The notes below the pieces were generated by a model, which was not told where the DNA came from, ran no database searches, and saw nothing but the letters and a program-made list of their open reading frames with translations. From the sequence record MT811961.1: 64,000 nucleotides of DNA. One strand, given 5' to 3'. Position numbers and translations under genes: made by a program. Below, one piece after another: positions 19,015-27,595 of the stretch. Within the stretch, counting starts at the first letter, position 1, and each line of letters begins with the position of its first letter.

Positions 19015-20484
19015 ATGTTCGGTCAAAAATTGAAAGCTATCCCGCCTGCTCAGGCACACAAGGTAGGCTACCCAATCCGCATGCTTCGCGATATCCCTGC
19101 TGGTGAGTTCGTACAAACTCCTAAAGGTAACTGGGTACTCATGGGTGGTTTCCATCCAATCAACTCTACCACTGGTCCAGGTAACACACATAAAACCGAT
19201 GAGATTTTGTATGGACCAATGAAAGTACTAAGTCACATCAAGGCTTCTTCTGTTCTTGTTTATGACACAGAGAACTCTCTTGGCTACAAACGTTTCGAAG
19301 ACCGTAAAGGTATGTTCTATGGTCTAGAAGAGTTTGACTTTGTTAACGAACAGTATCAAGAGCGTCCTCGTTTTATGCTTTGGCAACGTAGCCAAGTAGA
19401 AGGCGATGAATTCTTCGACGCTATCAAAGAGTTCGGCAAAGAGCGCATTAAAGATAAAAAGAACTTTATTACGCTGCCTCATACTGACCCTGTTGGTAAC
19501 CCAATCAAAATTCCTGCACCTTGTACGACAGTAATTGACTCACTGTCAGCAATGTCTTCTAACACGATTCAAAACAACATCGTTGAAAAGAACGCTGTTG
19601 GTGAGTCCGGTGCAAACACTATCTTTATGAAAGATGGTGCGATGAAGACACAGATGATTACTCAGCTTCCAGTTGTTACTGGTAAGTACGGTATCGGCTT
19701 CTCTATGACGGCACACATTGGTAACCATATCCAAATGGACCCGTATGCACCTAAGCCTGTTACACTACAGTTCTCTAAGAACGGTACAAAACAGAAAGGT
19801 GTTCCAGAGAAGTTCCAGTTCATCAATGACTTTGTTGGTGAAATCTACTCTGCGCGTCCATTGCTTAACCCAAGTGACAAAGCACCTAAGTACCCTTACT
19901 CGGATGTTGACCGTGAAAAAGGTAATGACCTTATCCAAATCACAGAAGTATCTTCTCGTAACAAGAATGGTCAGTCTGGTCTAACTCGTGCAATGATCGT
20001 TTCTCAGCGTGACGGTATGCTGCCTGGTCTTACTGAGTTCGATTACATCAAAGAGACCTGTGGTAAGAACGGCATCTCTGGTAACAACACGACTTTCCAT
20101 ATGGACCTGTACCCTGATTGCAAAATCTCTCGTACAACAATCCAACAGAAGCTTCGTGCCGATTGGCGTCTAGATACAGCAGTTCGTCTTACAGCTGAAC
20201 TGAACCAAATGCGTCAGCTATGGAAAGGCATCGATGACCTGATGTGTACTCCTCAAGAACTTTACGATGACATCAAAGCTCTTGGTTACGATTGGGACAT
20301 TCTGCTATTCACTCGTTACTGGTGGGTTCCTCTTGAAGAAGAGAAAGGTCAAGACTTTAACGAGCTGACTATTTACGACCTACTGAAAATGCGTAAAGGT
20401 GAATACCACCCTTACTGGTTGGAAGACGACAAGAAGACAATCAAGAAAGCTTGGATGCCTAACATCGACCCAACTGCAACTTAA
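19015..20484 (+). CDS. uvsX: UvsX/RecA-like recombinase (489 aa; phiKZ gp152-like)
   Basis: P-loop variant TTGPGNTHKT, then VYDTE, Walker B VIDSLS and MTAHIG. The start is placed at ATG 19015 with a GAGG SD. Confidence 0.8.
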   Translation: MFGQKLKAIPPAQAHKVGYPIRMLRDIPAGEFVQTPKGNWVLMGGFHPINSTTGPGNTHKTDEILYGPMKVLSHIKASSVLVYDTENSLGYKRFEDRKGMFYGLEEFDFVNEQYQERPRFMLWQRSQVEGDEFFDAIKEFGKERIKDKKNFITLPHTDPVGNPIKIPAPCTTVIDSLSAMSSNTIQNNIVEKNAVGESGANTIFMKDGAMKTQMITQLPVVTGKYGIGFSMTAHIGNHIQMDPYAPKPVTLQFSKNGTKQKGVPEKFQFINDFVGEIYSARPLLNPSDKAPKYPYSDVDREKGNDLIQITEVSSRNKNGQSGLTRAMIVSQRDGMLPGLTEFDYIKETCGKNGISGNNTTFHMDLYPDCKISRTTIQQKLRADWRLDTAVRLTAELNQMRQLWKGIDDLMCTPQELYDDIKALGYDWDILLFTRYWWVPLEEEKGQDFNELTIYDLLKMRKGEYHPYWLEDDKKTIKKAWMPNIDPTAT

Positions 20485-20499
20485 TAAAGGTACAGACAC

Positions 20500-20814
20500 A
20501 TGCATCTTTTAGATGAATGTGGAGTATGGTTACAAACCCATATTGACGGGGACAATGCTGCTCGATTTCTTGCTCTGGTTCAGAACTGGAAAGAAAAGCT
20601 TGTCCCTGCTGTGATGCCAGACGTTAATCCTAGTCACTGGCTAGTTGAATTCTGGCTTTCACAGATGGCGATGGCAGGTATCCAAGTAACTCCACAACAA
20701 CGCAACCATGCGTTCAATGTTATGAATGAAAAAGGCATGGAAGGTTTCATGCGTACTTTCAAAACCCTTATTGAAGAACACAACCTACCACGGATACCTA
20801 AAATCAATGGCTAA
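20500..20814 (+). CDS. Hypothetical protein (104 aa)
   Basis: Co-oriented ORF with an AAGG SD and an 8-nt overlap with the next gene. Confidence 0.6.
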   Translation: MHLLDECGVWLQTHIDGDNAARFLALVQNWKEKLVPAVMPDVNPSHWLVEFWLSQMAMAGIQVTPQQRNHAFNVMNEKGMEGFMRTFKTLIEEHNLPRIPKING

Positions 20815-21496
20815 GTTATACATAAAGGAAACTGAAAAGTTTGTTCTCAATGCCGTAAAACAAATGCCTAATGCGGAACTCAATGTTCCGCTTTATGAGG
20901 ACACGTTTAAAAAGATGACTCAGGAACACTGGGAAAAGATTCTAGAACGTTTCCAAGCAGGCAAGTTCTACTTCCCTATTATCGTTGATAACATGGGCAA
21001 GGCACGCATTGACGAACACAAAGTAATGAAGTTCGGTAAGTCTATCGGCGTTGAGTATTTCCAACACTGTACGCTTACTGACCATGTTTCCGGTGAACGT
21101 TATACAACCCCAATCAAATATTTGGTACTCGACCTACCTGGCCGTCGTCTAATTCAACACATCCTAGACAAGATGTCTACTGCCGAGCACTCTCGAGTTA
21201 CTGACCACCTAGCGGGTCAGGCTACTGGTGCATCGAAAGCTTCTTCTATTAGTTCCCCTGAGCTGACAGTAATGAATGCTAAAGAACTTACTGTTTCTCC
21301 TCTTGAGTTCATGAAGGTACGTGGCGGTGACGCCATTGCTTTTGAAGCTGCTTTAAAAGAGATCGAAGAGACCGGTACGTTCTCAATGGAGAACATCACC
21401 AAGCTTGGATCTAAACCAAAAGCAGTAGAGACATTGGATGAGCTATTGCTAGCGACATACATCCAAAGTAACTTACAAGGAATGAGCAATGTTTAG
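20807..21496 (+). CDS. Virion RNA polymerase beta subunit, C-terminal fragment (229 aa; phiKZ gp149-like)
   Basis: LVLDLPGRRLIQHILDKMS...GQATGASKASSISSPE matches the layout of the beta C-terminal LxHxxxDK...TQQPxGGxxxxGGxxxGEME region. The start is placed at ATG 20807. Confidence 0.8.
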   Translation: MAKLYIKETEKFVLNAVKQMPNAELNVPLYEDTFKKMTQEHWEKILERFQAGKFYFPIIVDNMGKARIDEHKVMKFGKSIGVEYFQHCTLTDHVSGERYTTPIKYLVLDLPGRRLIQHILDKMSTAEHSRVTDHLAGQATGASKASSISSPELTVMNAKELTVSPLEFMKVRGGDAIAFEAALKEIEETGTFSMENITKLGSKPKAVETLDELLLATYIQSNLQGMSNV

Positions 21497-21896
21497 TGCC
21501 AAACCAGTAGAAGAAAAGCCGACCTATCTTGAAATCATGGGACGCTATGCAAAGCTAAAGTCAAATGGTTTTAGTTTTGTTTCTTTTGTAAACAAGGCTT
21601 GGTTAGAAAGCTACCAAAAGTCTTCTATCCAGAAGTCCGTTAACAGCATGATTGCCGATGGTACTTATGCCGAACTCGTCAGCGAAGTAAACAGCCAGCA
21701 ACTAAAGAAAAAGATCATCAACACACTTGGTGTTTTCTTTGGGCGCTGTGTTCAGTCACAAGAAGAATCCGATATCTTATTGGAAGGACTTGCGTCTGAT
21801 GCTTGGCTTTATGGTAAACAAACAAAGGATATTGTGACAATCTACAAGAAGAAACCTGAACTTGTTTGGTTGCGCATTATAGAACTCTATGTCTAA
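21489..21896 (+). CDS. Hypothetical protein (135 aa)
   Basis: Translationally coupled ORF with 8-nt overlaps on both sides. Confidence 0.6.
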   Translation: MFSAKPVEEKPTYLEIMGRYAKLKSNGFSFVSFVNKAWLESYQKSSIQKSVNSMIADGTYAELVSEVNSQQLKKKIINTLGVFFGRCVQSQEESDILLEGLASDAWLYGKQTKDIVTIYKKKPELVWLRIIELYV

Positions 21897-22572
21897 GATC
21901 TACATTGATTTCGACTCTATCTTTGATACTCGTATTGCTGTCATCAAAAAGCTTAATCGCAGCGCAGCTAAGCGACTTGAATCATCAACGCGATATCGAA
22001 GACGTCTAGACGATAAGTTCTGGAAGATGGATAATGCCATTACTGAAGCTGACTTCCGTAAAGCCTGGGAATCAAGAGCAAGTCTTATTGACCCGAATGA
22101 TTTACGAATCACCGGGGTCATGGTGGAGATGCGCAAAGAACGCATTGAGCGAGATAGTTTCTTCGCACTAGGGGTTAAGGCCGAGCTAGATGACTTAGTT
22201 GTCAATACATGGCCATTCTCCCTGGATGACGAAACAAAAGAAGTTCTGTCTGAAGTGCTCATGGAGACTGCTCGTCCCAACTCGGTTGAATTTGTTCAAA
22301 TGGATCCAGCACATATTCCTTCTGATTACTTCGGTGGTTTTCGTGAAGCCATCATGTATGACATGAACCATTGGTTTTCCAAACAGTGGGAAGGAGTAGC
22401 TAAACGTCCATTAACGCATGTACGTGTCATCACACCACTTTCTTTTAAAGGCAAGGATTTGCCTAAGTGTGACATTGCGACGCTTGTAGCACAGGCTACG
22501 GAAGAGCTACGTCCATACATGAACTACAACCCCGTACCATCTGACATGTTCTGCTGTCTGACAGAAAAATAA
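21889..22572 (+). CDS. Hypothetical protein with HAD-like N-terminal DxD motif (227 aa)
   Basis: Begins IYIDFDSIFDTR. The other HAD motifs were not clearly identified. Confidence 0.5.
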   Translation: MSKIYIDFDSIFDTRIAVIKKLNRSAAKRLESSTRYRRRLDDKFWKMDNAITEADFRKAWESRASLIDPNDLRITGVMVEMRKERIERDSFFALGVKAELDDLVVNTWPFSLDDETKEVLSEVLMETARPNSVEFVQMDPAHIPSDYFGGFREAIMYDMNHWFSKQWEGVAKRPLTHVRVITPLSFKGKDLPKCDIATLVAQATEELRPYMNYNPVPSDMFCCLTEK

Positions 22573-22575
22573 AAG

Positions 22576-22606
22576 ACACTTCTCCCTCTTTCGAGGGAGA
22601 GTGTTT
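22576..22606. terminator. Terminator hairpin between convergent genes
   Basis: ACACTTCTCCCTC-TTTC-GAGGGAGAGTGT. Confidence 0.7.
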
Positions 22607-22642
22607 CTATCGCTTTGTCTGAAACTTGGGAAGACACATTAT

Positions 22643-23047
22643 TTAGTCTTCGTCAGAAGGAGAAGCTACATCTTCATACTCTGGCGAACCCAAAGTAGTG
22701 GACATATTTTCAGGGGTAAGGGCCATTTCAATCAATGGTCCTTCGGCTTTAGGTGGCTCACGGTCAACCGGAGCTGCTGTCACAAAAGGATTCTGGTTTG
22801 ACTGGCGTAAGTTAGCAGCAATGGCTTGAATTGTTGCACGGTCTTTCTCAGAGTTTTCATTGTCTGATTGCAGACGTTTTCTAGCCATCGATGTATCAGC
22901 TGTATGCTTTAGCAGCTGAAGCATATCTTTGTCTGGCGCATGTCCATCCAAGATCATTTGATAACGACGCTGCTGAATAATATCAATTAGTTCATCGTCT
23001 TGTGGTAAACTTGGATTCGCTACTGCGTCGTCTGATTCGTCTGACAT
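22643..23047 (-). CDS. Hypothetical protein (134 aa)
   Basis: ORF with a GAGG SD; acidic termini. Confidence 0.6.
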   Translation of the reverse strand: MSDESDDAVANPSLPQDDELIDIIQQRRYQMILDGHAPDKDMLQLLKHTADTSMARKRLQSDNENSEKDRATIQAIAANLRQSNQNPFVTAAPVDREPPKAEGPLIEMALTPENMSTTLGSPEYEDVASPSDED

Positions 23048-23083
23048 TGTCGTATACCTCGTAAGTTTCAGTCTGTCTTAAAT

Positions 23084-23100
23084 TCTATATTACCAATGTG
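23084..23100 (+). promoter_or_regulatory. Candidate early promoter (phiKZ-type TATATTAC)
   Basis: TCTATATTACCAATGTG upstream of the 23129 gene; the same motif occurs at 60221. Confidence 0.55.
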
Positions 23101-23128
23101 GTATAGAAGCATTAACTAAGGAGTGACT

Positions 23129-23635
23129 GTGGTTTATTTAAAAAAGTTAAGGTCTAAAGCTAGACTCTTTGTCGCCCATTATCGAATGTGGCTGACAGAA
23201 GAAACTCATGACATTAATGAAGCTCTCTTTAAATCGGGAGAATACATTCAATGCATATCAAAAGTTTTGGGTTCGTTAAAGTTGGAAGATGTTAATTCTT
23301 CAAAGCTGTGTGATAGAAATCCACTATGGCATTATGGTCCACAGGAGTTAATTCAATGTATTGACTTAACTAGGCTGGCATTGATCGATGATCGCAAACT
23401 TGCAATCGGTGATGCGTCGCGTTTAAAAACAATAAACGCCTTTAGCTATATCTGTGGCAAACCAGACGAAGAGGAAGAAGACTCCAAAACACATTTTGAG
23501 CGAATACAAGAATCTCTCTGTGGCCTAGCAAAGACGCTAGAAAAGAATCAATTGACTCGCCACAATGAAAGAATGTTGAAGCCCCTATGTGATGACTTGG
23601 AGCTTGTTGCTAACTTGATAATCGAACAAAGGTAA
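23129..23635 (+). CDS. Hypothetical protein (~168 aa)
   Basis: The GTG at 23129 lies 5 nt after AAGGAG and is in frame with track ORF 23123..23635. Confidence 0.6.
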   Translation: MVYLKKLRSKARLFVAHYRMWLTEETHDINEALFKSGEYIQCISKVLGSLKLEDVNSSKLCDRNPLWHYGPQELIQCIDLTRLALIDDRKLAIGDASRLKTINAFSYICGKPDEEEEDSKTHFERIQESLCGLAKTLEKNQLTRHNERMLKPLCDDLELVANLIIEQR

Positions 23636-23637
23636 TC

Positions 23638-24297
23638 ATGCATACCCACATTTATGATCTGTTAAAAGAAGACATCCAGCATGTCGTATCGACAAACCAT
23701 GTACTTGCACGCGCTTGGCGCTATTTGTTGTTTCAACTACAAGTGCCGCCGTCGGGATGGGATACTCTTTTAACTACATATATTTCTAAAGCAAAGGAAT
23801 ACAAAGGACAAAAAGAAGCAACTAACTTAAAGGGCAACCTGCCTAAACGTTTGGCATGCGAAGAAGTTACCTTTAAAAACCTTTGTCGTGGTATTAGTGT
23901 TTTTAACTTCCATAAAACCATAATCTCTCTTGACCTCATCAAAGATGATGTTGAGAAAACACTAGAGATTGAGATTCCGCCAACCTTTGATGAAAAGGGT
24001 GGTCGCTACCTCAAGGTCTTATGGCTAAAGATGATTAAGGAGTTTCCTCATTGTACAGAAAACTGGAAAGAGCACGTCGACAAGTATCGCAAGTACTGTA
24101 AAGAAGTCGAAGGACTTGAAGTAGATGCGGTATCTAACTTGCCACGTTCTTTAGATGCAGAAGCATTAACCTGGAACTCATTCTACAAAGGATTGTTGAT
24201 TCATGACTTCGATGGAATTAAGTTCTCTATCACCGTGTATAAGCGTTCTGCACCAAAGGTGCCCATCTCTATCCAATTAGTTATAAAGAAACCTTAA
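23638..24297 (+). CDS. Hypothetical protein with an internal duplication (219 aa)
   Basis: Two similar halves: L..W..L.....W...L..Y......NLP..L..E..T(F/W)..(L/F)..G. Confidence 0.65.
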   Translation: MHTHIYDLLKEDIQHVVSTNHVLARAWRYLLFQLQVPPSGWDTLLTTYISKAKEYKGQKEATNLKGNLPKRLACEEVTFKNLCRGISVFNFHKTIISLDLIKDDVEKTLEIEIPPTFDEKGGRYLKVLWLKMIKEFPHCTENWKEHVDKYRKYCKEVEGLEVDAVSNLPRSLDAEALTWNSFYKGLLIHDFDGIKFSITVYKRSAPKVPISIQLVIKKP

Positions 24298-24305
24298 AAC
24301 AAAGT

Positions 24306-24351
24306 ACAGGGCCCCTCACGGGGTCCTGTGCATCCAGCTTTCTTTTTTTTT
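24306..24351 (+). terminator. Rho-independent terminator
   Basis: ACAGGGCCCC-TCAC-GGGGTCCTGT followed by a T-run. Confidence 0.7.
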
Positions 24352-24394
24352 CTCAAATTAGATAGAACTATTTTCAACCAACGAGGACTTAACC

Positions 24395-25489
24395 ATGGCA
24401 AAGGCTGATCTAAGCAAGAGCACCTTTTCTAACGACCCTAAAGATACTGCACTTGTTCCTGACATCTATAATGAGGAAGCAGTAAAGTCATTTTTAGAAA
24501 ACGTCTTACCAGAAGGCGACTTTTCTTTATCTTCCGTATTCCCAGATGTTCCATCCGATGTTTTAAGTCTGGGCCCATCTAAAGAAATACTCGGCGTCAT
24601 CTCAGACACGGCGAGCGGACTGGATAAATTAAAGAACCTGGGTTCGAGTGAAAACTTACTCGATACCATTCGTATCCTTAAAGCAAATATTCCTCCTGCT
24701 GCAATGCTGGATAAACTCATGGCTACCTATGACATCGCCACACTTACAGAAGGTCTAAGAAAGATCCGCAGTATTCTTTCTCCTAGTCGATGGCAGAAGA
24801 TCGGTAATGACTTCTTGACTGGTGTGTTTGACAACATGAGTTACCTAGCTGAAGCACTTGGTTTTGAATGTGACTTCTGTAAGGGCATCTGTGGTGAGTT
24901 AGGTAACCAGTACGGAGGTAACTATCCTGACTCTGAATATTGGGAAGGGGCTATCCTGCTGCATGACCTGGAAGATCTATTGCGATGTAACCTATGGGAG
25001 CAAGCCCTATCTATTGTAGATGGTCTATCTGGCGGCATACTATCAGACGGCACAGTCGGCAAGATATTAGCAAGGGCAAGTCGTGTGGCTGCTATCATGC
25101 AACGCTTCGATTTCGTACAGGATTGGATCTATAAAGCAAAAGAATACTTTGGTTCTGAAGACAGAGCCGCCGTTCTGGAAGGCACTATCTCTGGCTACAA
25201 GATCAATCGCAACCTTAGTCCTAAAGACTACGAAGAAGAAGCCGTGCGTATTGCAGACATCCTTACTGAGATCAATCCAAACTGGTTCTATCAGAACACA
25301 GCCAATGGACAGATACAATCGACGAAGTATCTACGCGATGTTCCACGAGACTTTGCAATGCTCATGGCCTACCATCCGACGTACTGGCCAATCGGTATTG
25401 TTGCCGATACGTTCAATCCTGTTACTTTACCATGGAAAGAAGTTGCTTACCGTGACTTTCCAACTATCCGCTTCCACGAAACAAGATAA
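24395..25489 (+). CDS. Probable virion structural protein (364 aa)
   Basis: GAGGA SD; convergent with the gp182-like gene; no enzymatic motif seen. Confidence 0.5.
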   Translation: MAKADLSKSTFSNDPKDTALVPDIYNEEAVKSFLENVLPEGDFSLSSVFPDVPSDVLSLGPSKEILGVISDTASGLDKLKNLGSSENLLDTIRILKANIPPAAMLDKLMATYDIATLTEGLRKIRSILSPSRWQKIGNDFLTGVFDNMSYLAEALGFECDFCKGICGELGNQYGGNYPDSEYWEGAILLHDLEDLLRCNLWEQALSIVDGLSGGILSDGTVGKILARASRVAAIMQRFDFVQDWIYKAKEYFGSEDRAAVLEGTISGYKINRNLSPKDYEEEAVRIADILTEINPNWFYQNTANGQIQSTKYLRDVPRDFAMLMAYHPTYWPIGIVADTFNPVTLPWKEVAYRDFPTIRFHETR

Positions 25490-25496
25490 AAAGCAT

Positions 25497-25526
25497 GCCC
25501 CCTCTCCCGAAAGGGAGAAGGGGCTT
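25497..25526. terminator. Terminator hairpin between convergent genes
   Basis: GCCCCCTCTCCC-GAAA-GGGAGAAGGGGC. Confidence 0.7.
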
Positions 25527-25528
25527 GT

Positions 25529-27553
25529 CTAAATATCTCCGGCTTTCAAAAATGCCGAAACGGTTTTGCCCGGCATCGTTCCTGCAAACCATTGCGAGAA
25601 GTATGTGGGCGAAGAGAATGTATTCCAATCCGCGACTGTTTTCTTCCATGCTCGTTTTAGACGAGGTACAGCAAAGTACTGGTCGTACATACTCACACCT
25701 GCCAGTGAACCAAGGAAGTCAGTCAGCGTTGTATCTTCATCAAATGCAGAGAAGCTGGTTATGCTATCTAGGACACTGTCACTCAGAGGAACTGACATCA
25801 TCTTATCCATGTTCTCAACGGTCATCGTTACTTTAATGGCTGTTGGCAACTGGTTGATCTGACGACCGATGTTTGAAGTACCCAGTTCGATATTAACACT
25901 GCTGATTACACCGAGACGAATATCTTCAAATGCCTGTGAATGAAGTCGACATAAGAATGGCTGTACATATGAGTTCTTACCAGAGCGTCTAGGCAGTACG
26001 CCTGCCAGAATACAACAAAGTGGCAAATAGACACGAGTCAGGATTGAGAACTTGTTGCCATAAGGAGTAGCAAACGTCATCGTATAGTCTTGACTGGCGA
26101 TTTCCGCAGAGCTATCATCATAGACATCTGACATGTCCATCATTGCACCTGAGAGCGCGCCCTCTAGACCAATACCAATAGAACTTACTGCACCGGCAAC
26201 CAAGTCCTTGATAGCACCAACAGTACTTTCCATCGCATTGAATACAATGTTGTCGCCGATGTTACCACCGAACATACTGATCTGAATATCTCTGGCTTGT
26301 TGAGCCACGCCATTCGCAGTTTCTTTCAATGGTGCTTCTTTCGTCGTATTGCTGAACGAATGACTGATTGGGCCTGTCTTATCCACATGGAAACTAACAA
26401 AAGCTGAACCTTCTTGTAAGTCTGCCTTCATGTATTCCCATAATGAAGTTATATCATCCCAAACCTTTTGTTCTTCTTCAACAGCAGGACCGGCGTCTTG
26501 TGCCACAGCACTGGAGTTACGCTCCCTTGCTGCTTCTAGTGCTGCTTGGTTTTCTGCTTCGACATTGTTTAAATTGGCCGAATTGAAATATCCCGTATAC
26601 TCATTCATTGCTTCTGTATGAGTCTTAGGACGCTCATCCTTGAGTGTGTTTTCTTTGCCGAGATTCTTCAGTCCAGTGACATAATCCTGGCGTGCTTGTT
26701 CACCAGTCGTTTTGATGCCGCTCTCTAACTCGAAAAGGGCCTCATTGAACTGGTTGGCCATACGTTGTGAACGAGATGCGATAGCTTTGACATCAATGTA
26801 TGCCGAGCCATTCTCTCCTTCACCACCGCCGCCAAGGAACACATCAGGCAGCAGTCGTTGCAGCTCATCTACTTTACTTGGTGCTTGACCATTTAAGTCA
26901 ATCTTCCCGTCTTTGATTTCGTCTGCGCCGACCGGATCCATCACTCCCATGTCCACAGCAAGTTTGTTAAACATGAGTGCCACGGCATTCCAGTAGAGTG
27001 CCATCGTAGGCTGCATATAATAAAACTTACTGTATGGGTTACCGCTAATCGCAGCAGAGATTCGGTTGACGAGGTGATTGAGACCAAAGAAAGTCTGTAA
27101 TGGCAAAGTAAACAAAACACCAGCTGCATAACCGATGGATTGGAAAACACTGCCGTTTACCGTGCCATATTTTGCCATAGCCGCTGCTGCGGGACTATAG
27201 AAGTTTGACATAAACGAAGTCATTGAGTTGTACTTTTGTATACCGAACTGCAATGAGATTCGCTGAGCATTGTCATCGATGGCTTCTTTGTAACCCTGTC
27301 CCATGGAACGACATCCTGCGGCAATGGTATTTACCTTTGGGTCACTCCATCTACAGAACTGGGGAGGTGGGTTCAATACGCGATTTCCACCAAGAGTTGT
27401 ATCGTAGTAGTTATAGCTATTATTGATGTCGGCACTATTTGTACCCGCACCACCTAGGGCTTTGCCCGCATAACCACGGTTACCACCACGTTTAAAGAAT
27501 GCCTGTCGTACCCAGGCAGTATCTCTGCCTCTGGCAGTTATTTCGTCCGCCAT
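25529..27553 (-). CDS. Virion structural / baseplate hub-like protein (674 aa; phiKZ gp182-like)
   Basis: Directly downstream of the giant tail protein; GGAG SD; position matches phiKZ-like synteny. Confidence 0.6.
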   Translation of the reverse strand: MADEITARGRDTAWVRQAFFKRGGNRGYAGKALGGAGTNSADINNSYNYYDTTLGGNRVLNPPPQFCRWSDPKVNTIAAGCRSMGQGYKEAIDDNAQRISLQFGIQKYNSMTSFMSNFYSPAAAAMAKYGTVNGSVFQSIGYAAGVLFTLPLQTFFGLNHLVNRISAAISGNPYSKFYYMQPTMALYWNAVALMFNKLAVDMGVMDPVGADEIKDGKIDLNGQAPSKVDELQRLLPDVFLGGGGEGENGSAYIDVKAIASRSQRMANQFNEALFELESGIKTTGEQARQDYVTGLKNLGKENTLKDERPKTHTEAMNEYTGYFNSANLNNVEAENQAALEAARERNSSAVAQDAGPAVEEEQKVWDDITSLWEYMKADLQEGSAFVSFHVDKTGPISHSFSNTTKEAPLKETANGVAQQARDIQISMFGGNIGDNIVFNAMESTVGAIKDLVAGAVSSIGIGLEGALSGAMMDMSDVYDDSSAEIASQDYTMTFATPYGNKFSILTRVYLPLCCILAGVLPRRSGKNSYVQPFLCRLHSQAFEDIRLGVISSVNIELGTSNIGRQINQLPTAIKVTMTVENMDKMMSVPLSDSVLDSITSFSAFDEDTTLTDFLGSLAGVSMYDQYFAVPRLKRAWKKTVADWNTFSSPTYFSQWFAGTMPGKTVSAFLKAGDI

Positions 27554-27567
27554 AATTACTCCAGTCT

Positions 27568-27594
27568 AAAAATAAGAGAGGGCCGAAGCCCTCT
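27568..27594 (-). terminator. Terminator-like hairpin after the giant tail gene
   Basis: The minus strand reads AGAGGGC-TTCG-GCCCTCT then CTTATTTTT. Confidence 0.65.
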
Positions 27595-27595
27595 T

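Noticed and set aside
19180-19205. Non-canonical Walker A (GPGNTHKT) as evidence of an inactive recombinase
   Set aside because: phiKZ-like UvsX proteins typically have a GxGNxxK(S/T) variant, so this is likely a family trait.
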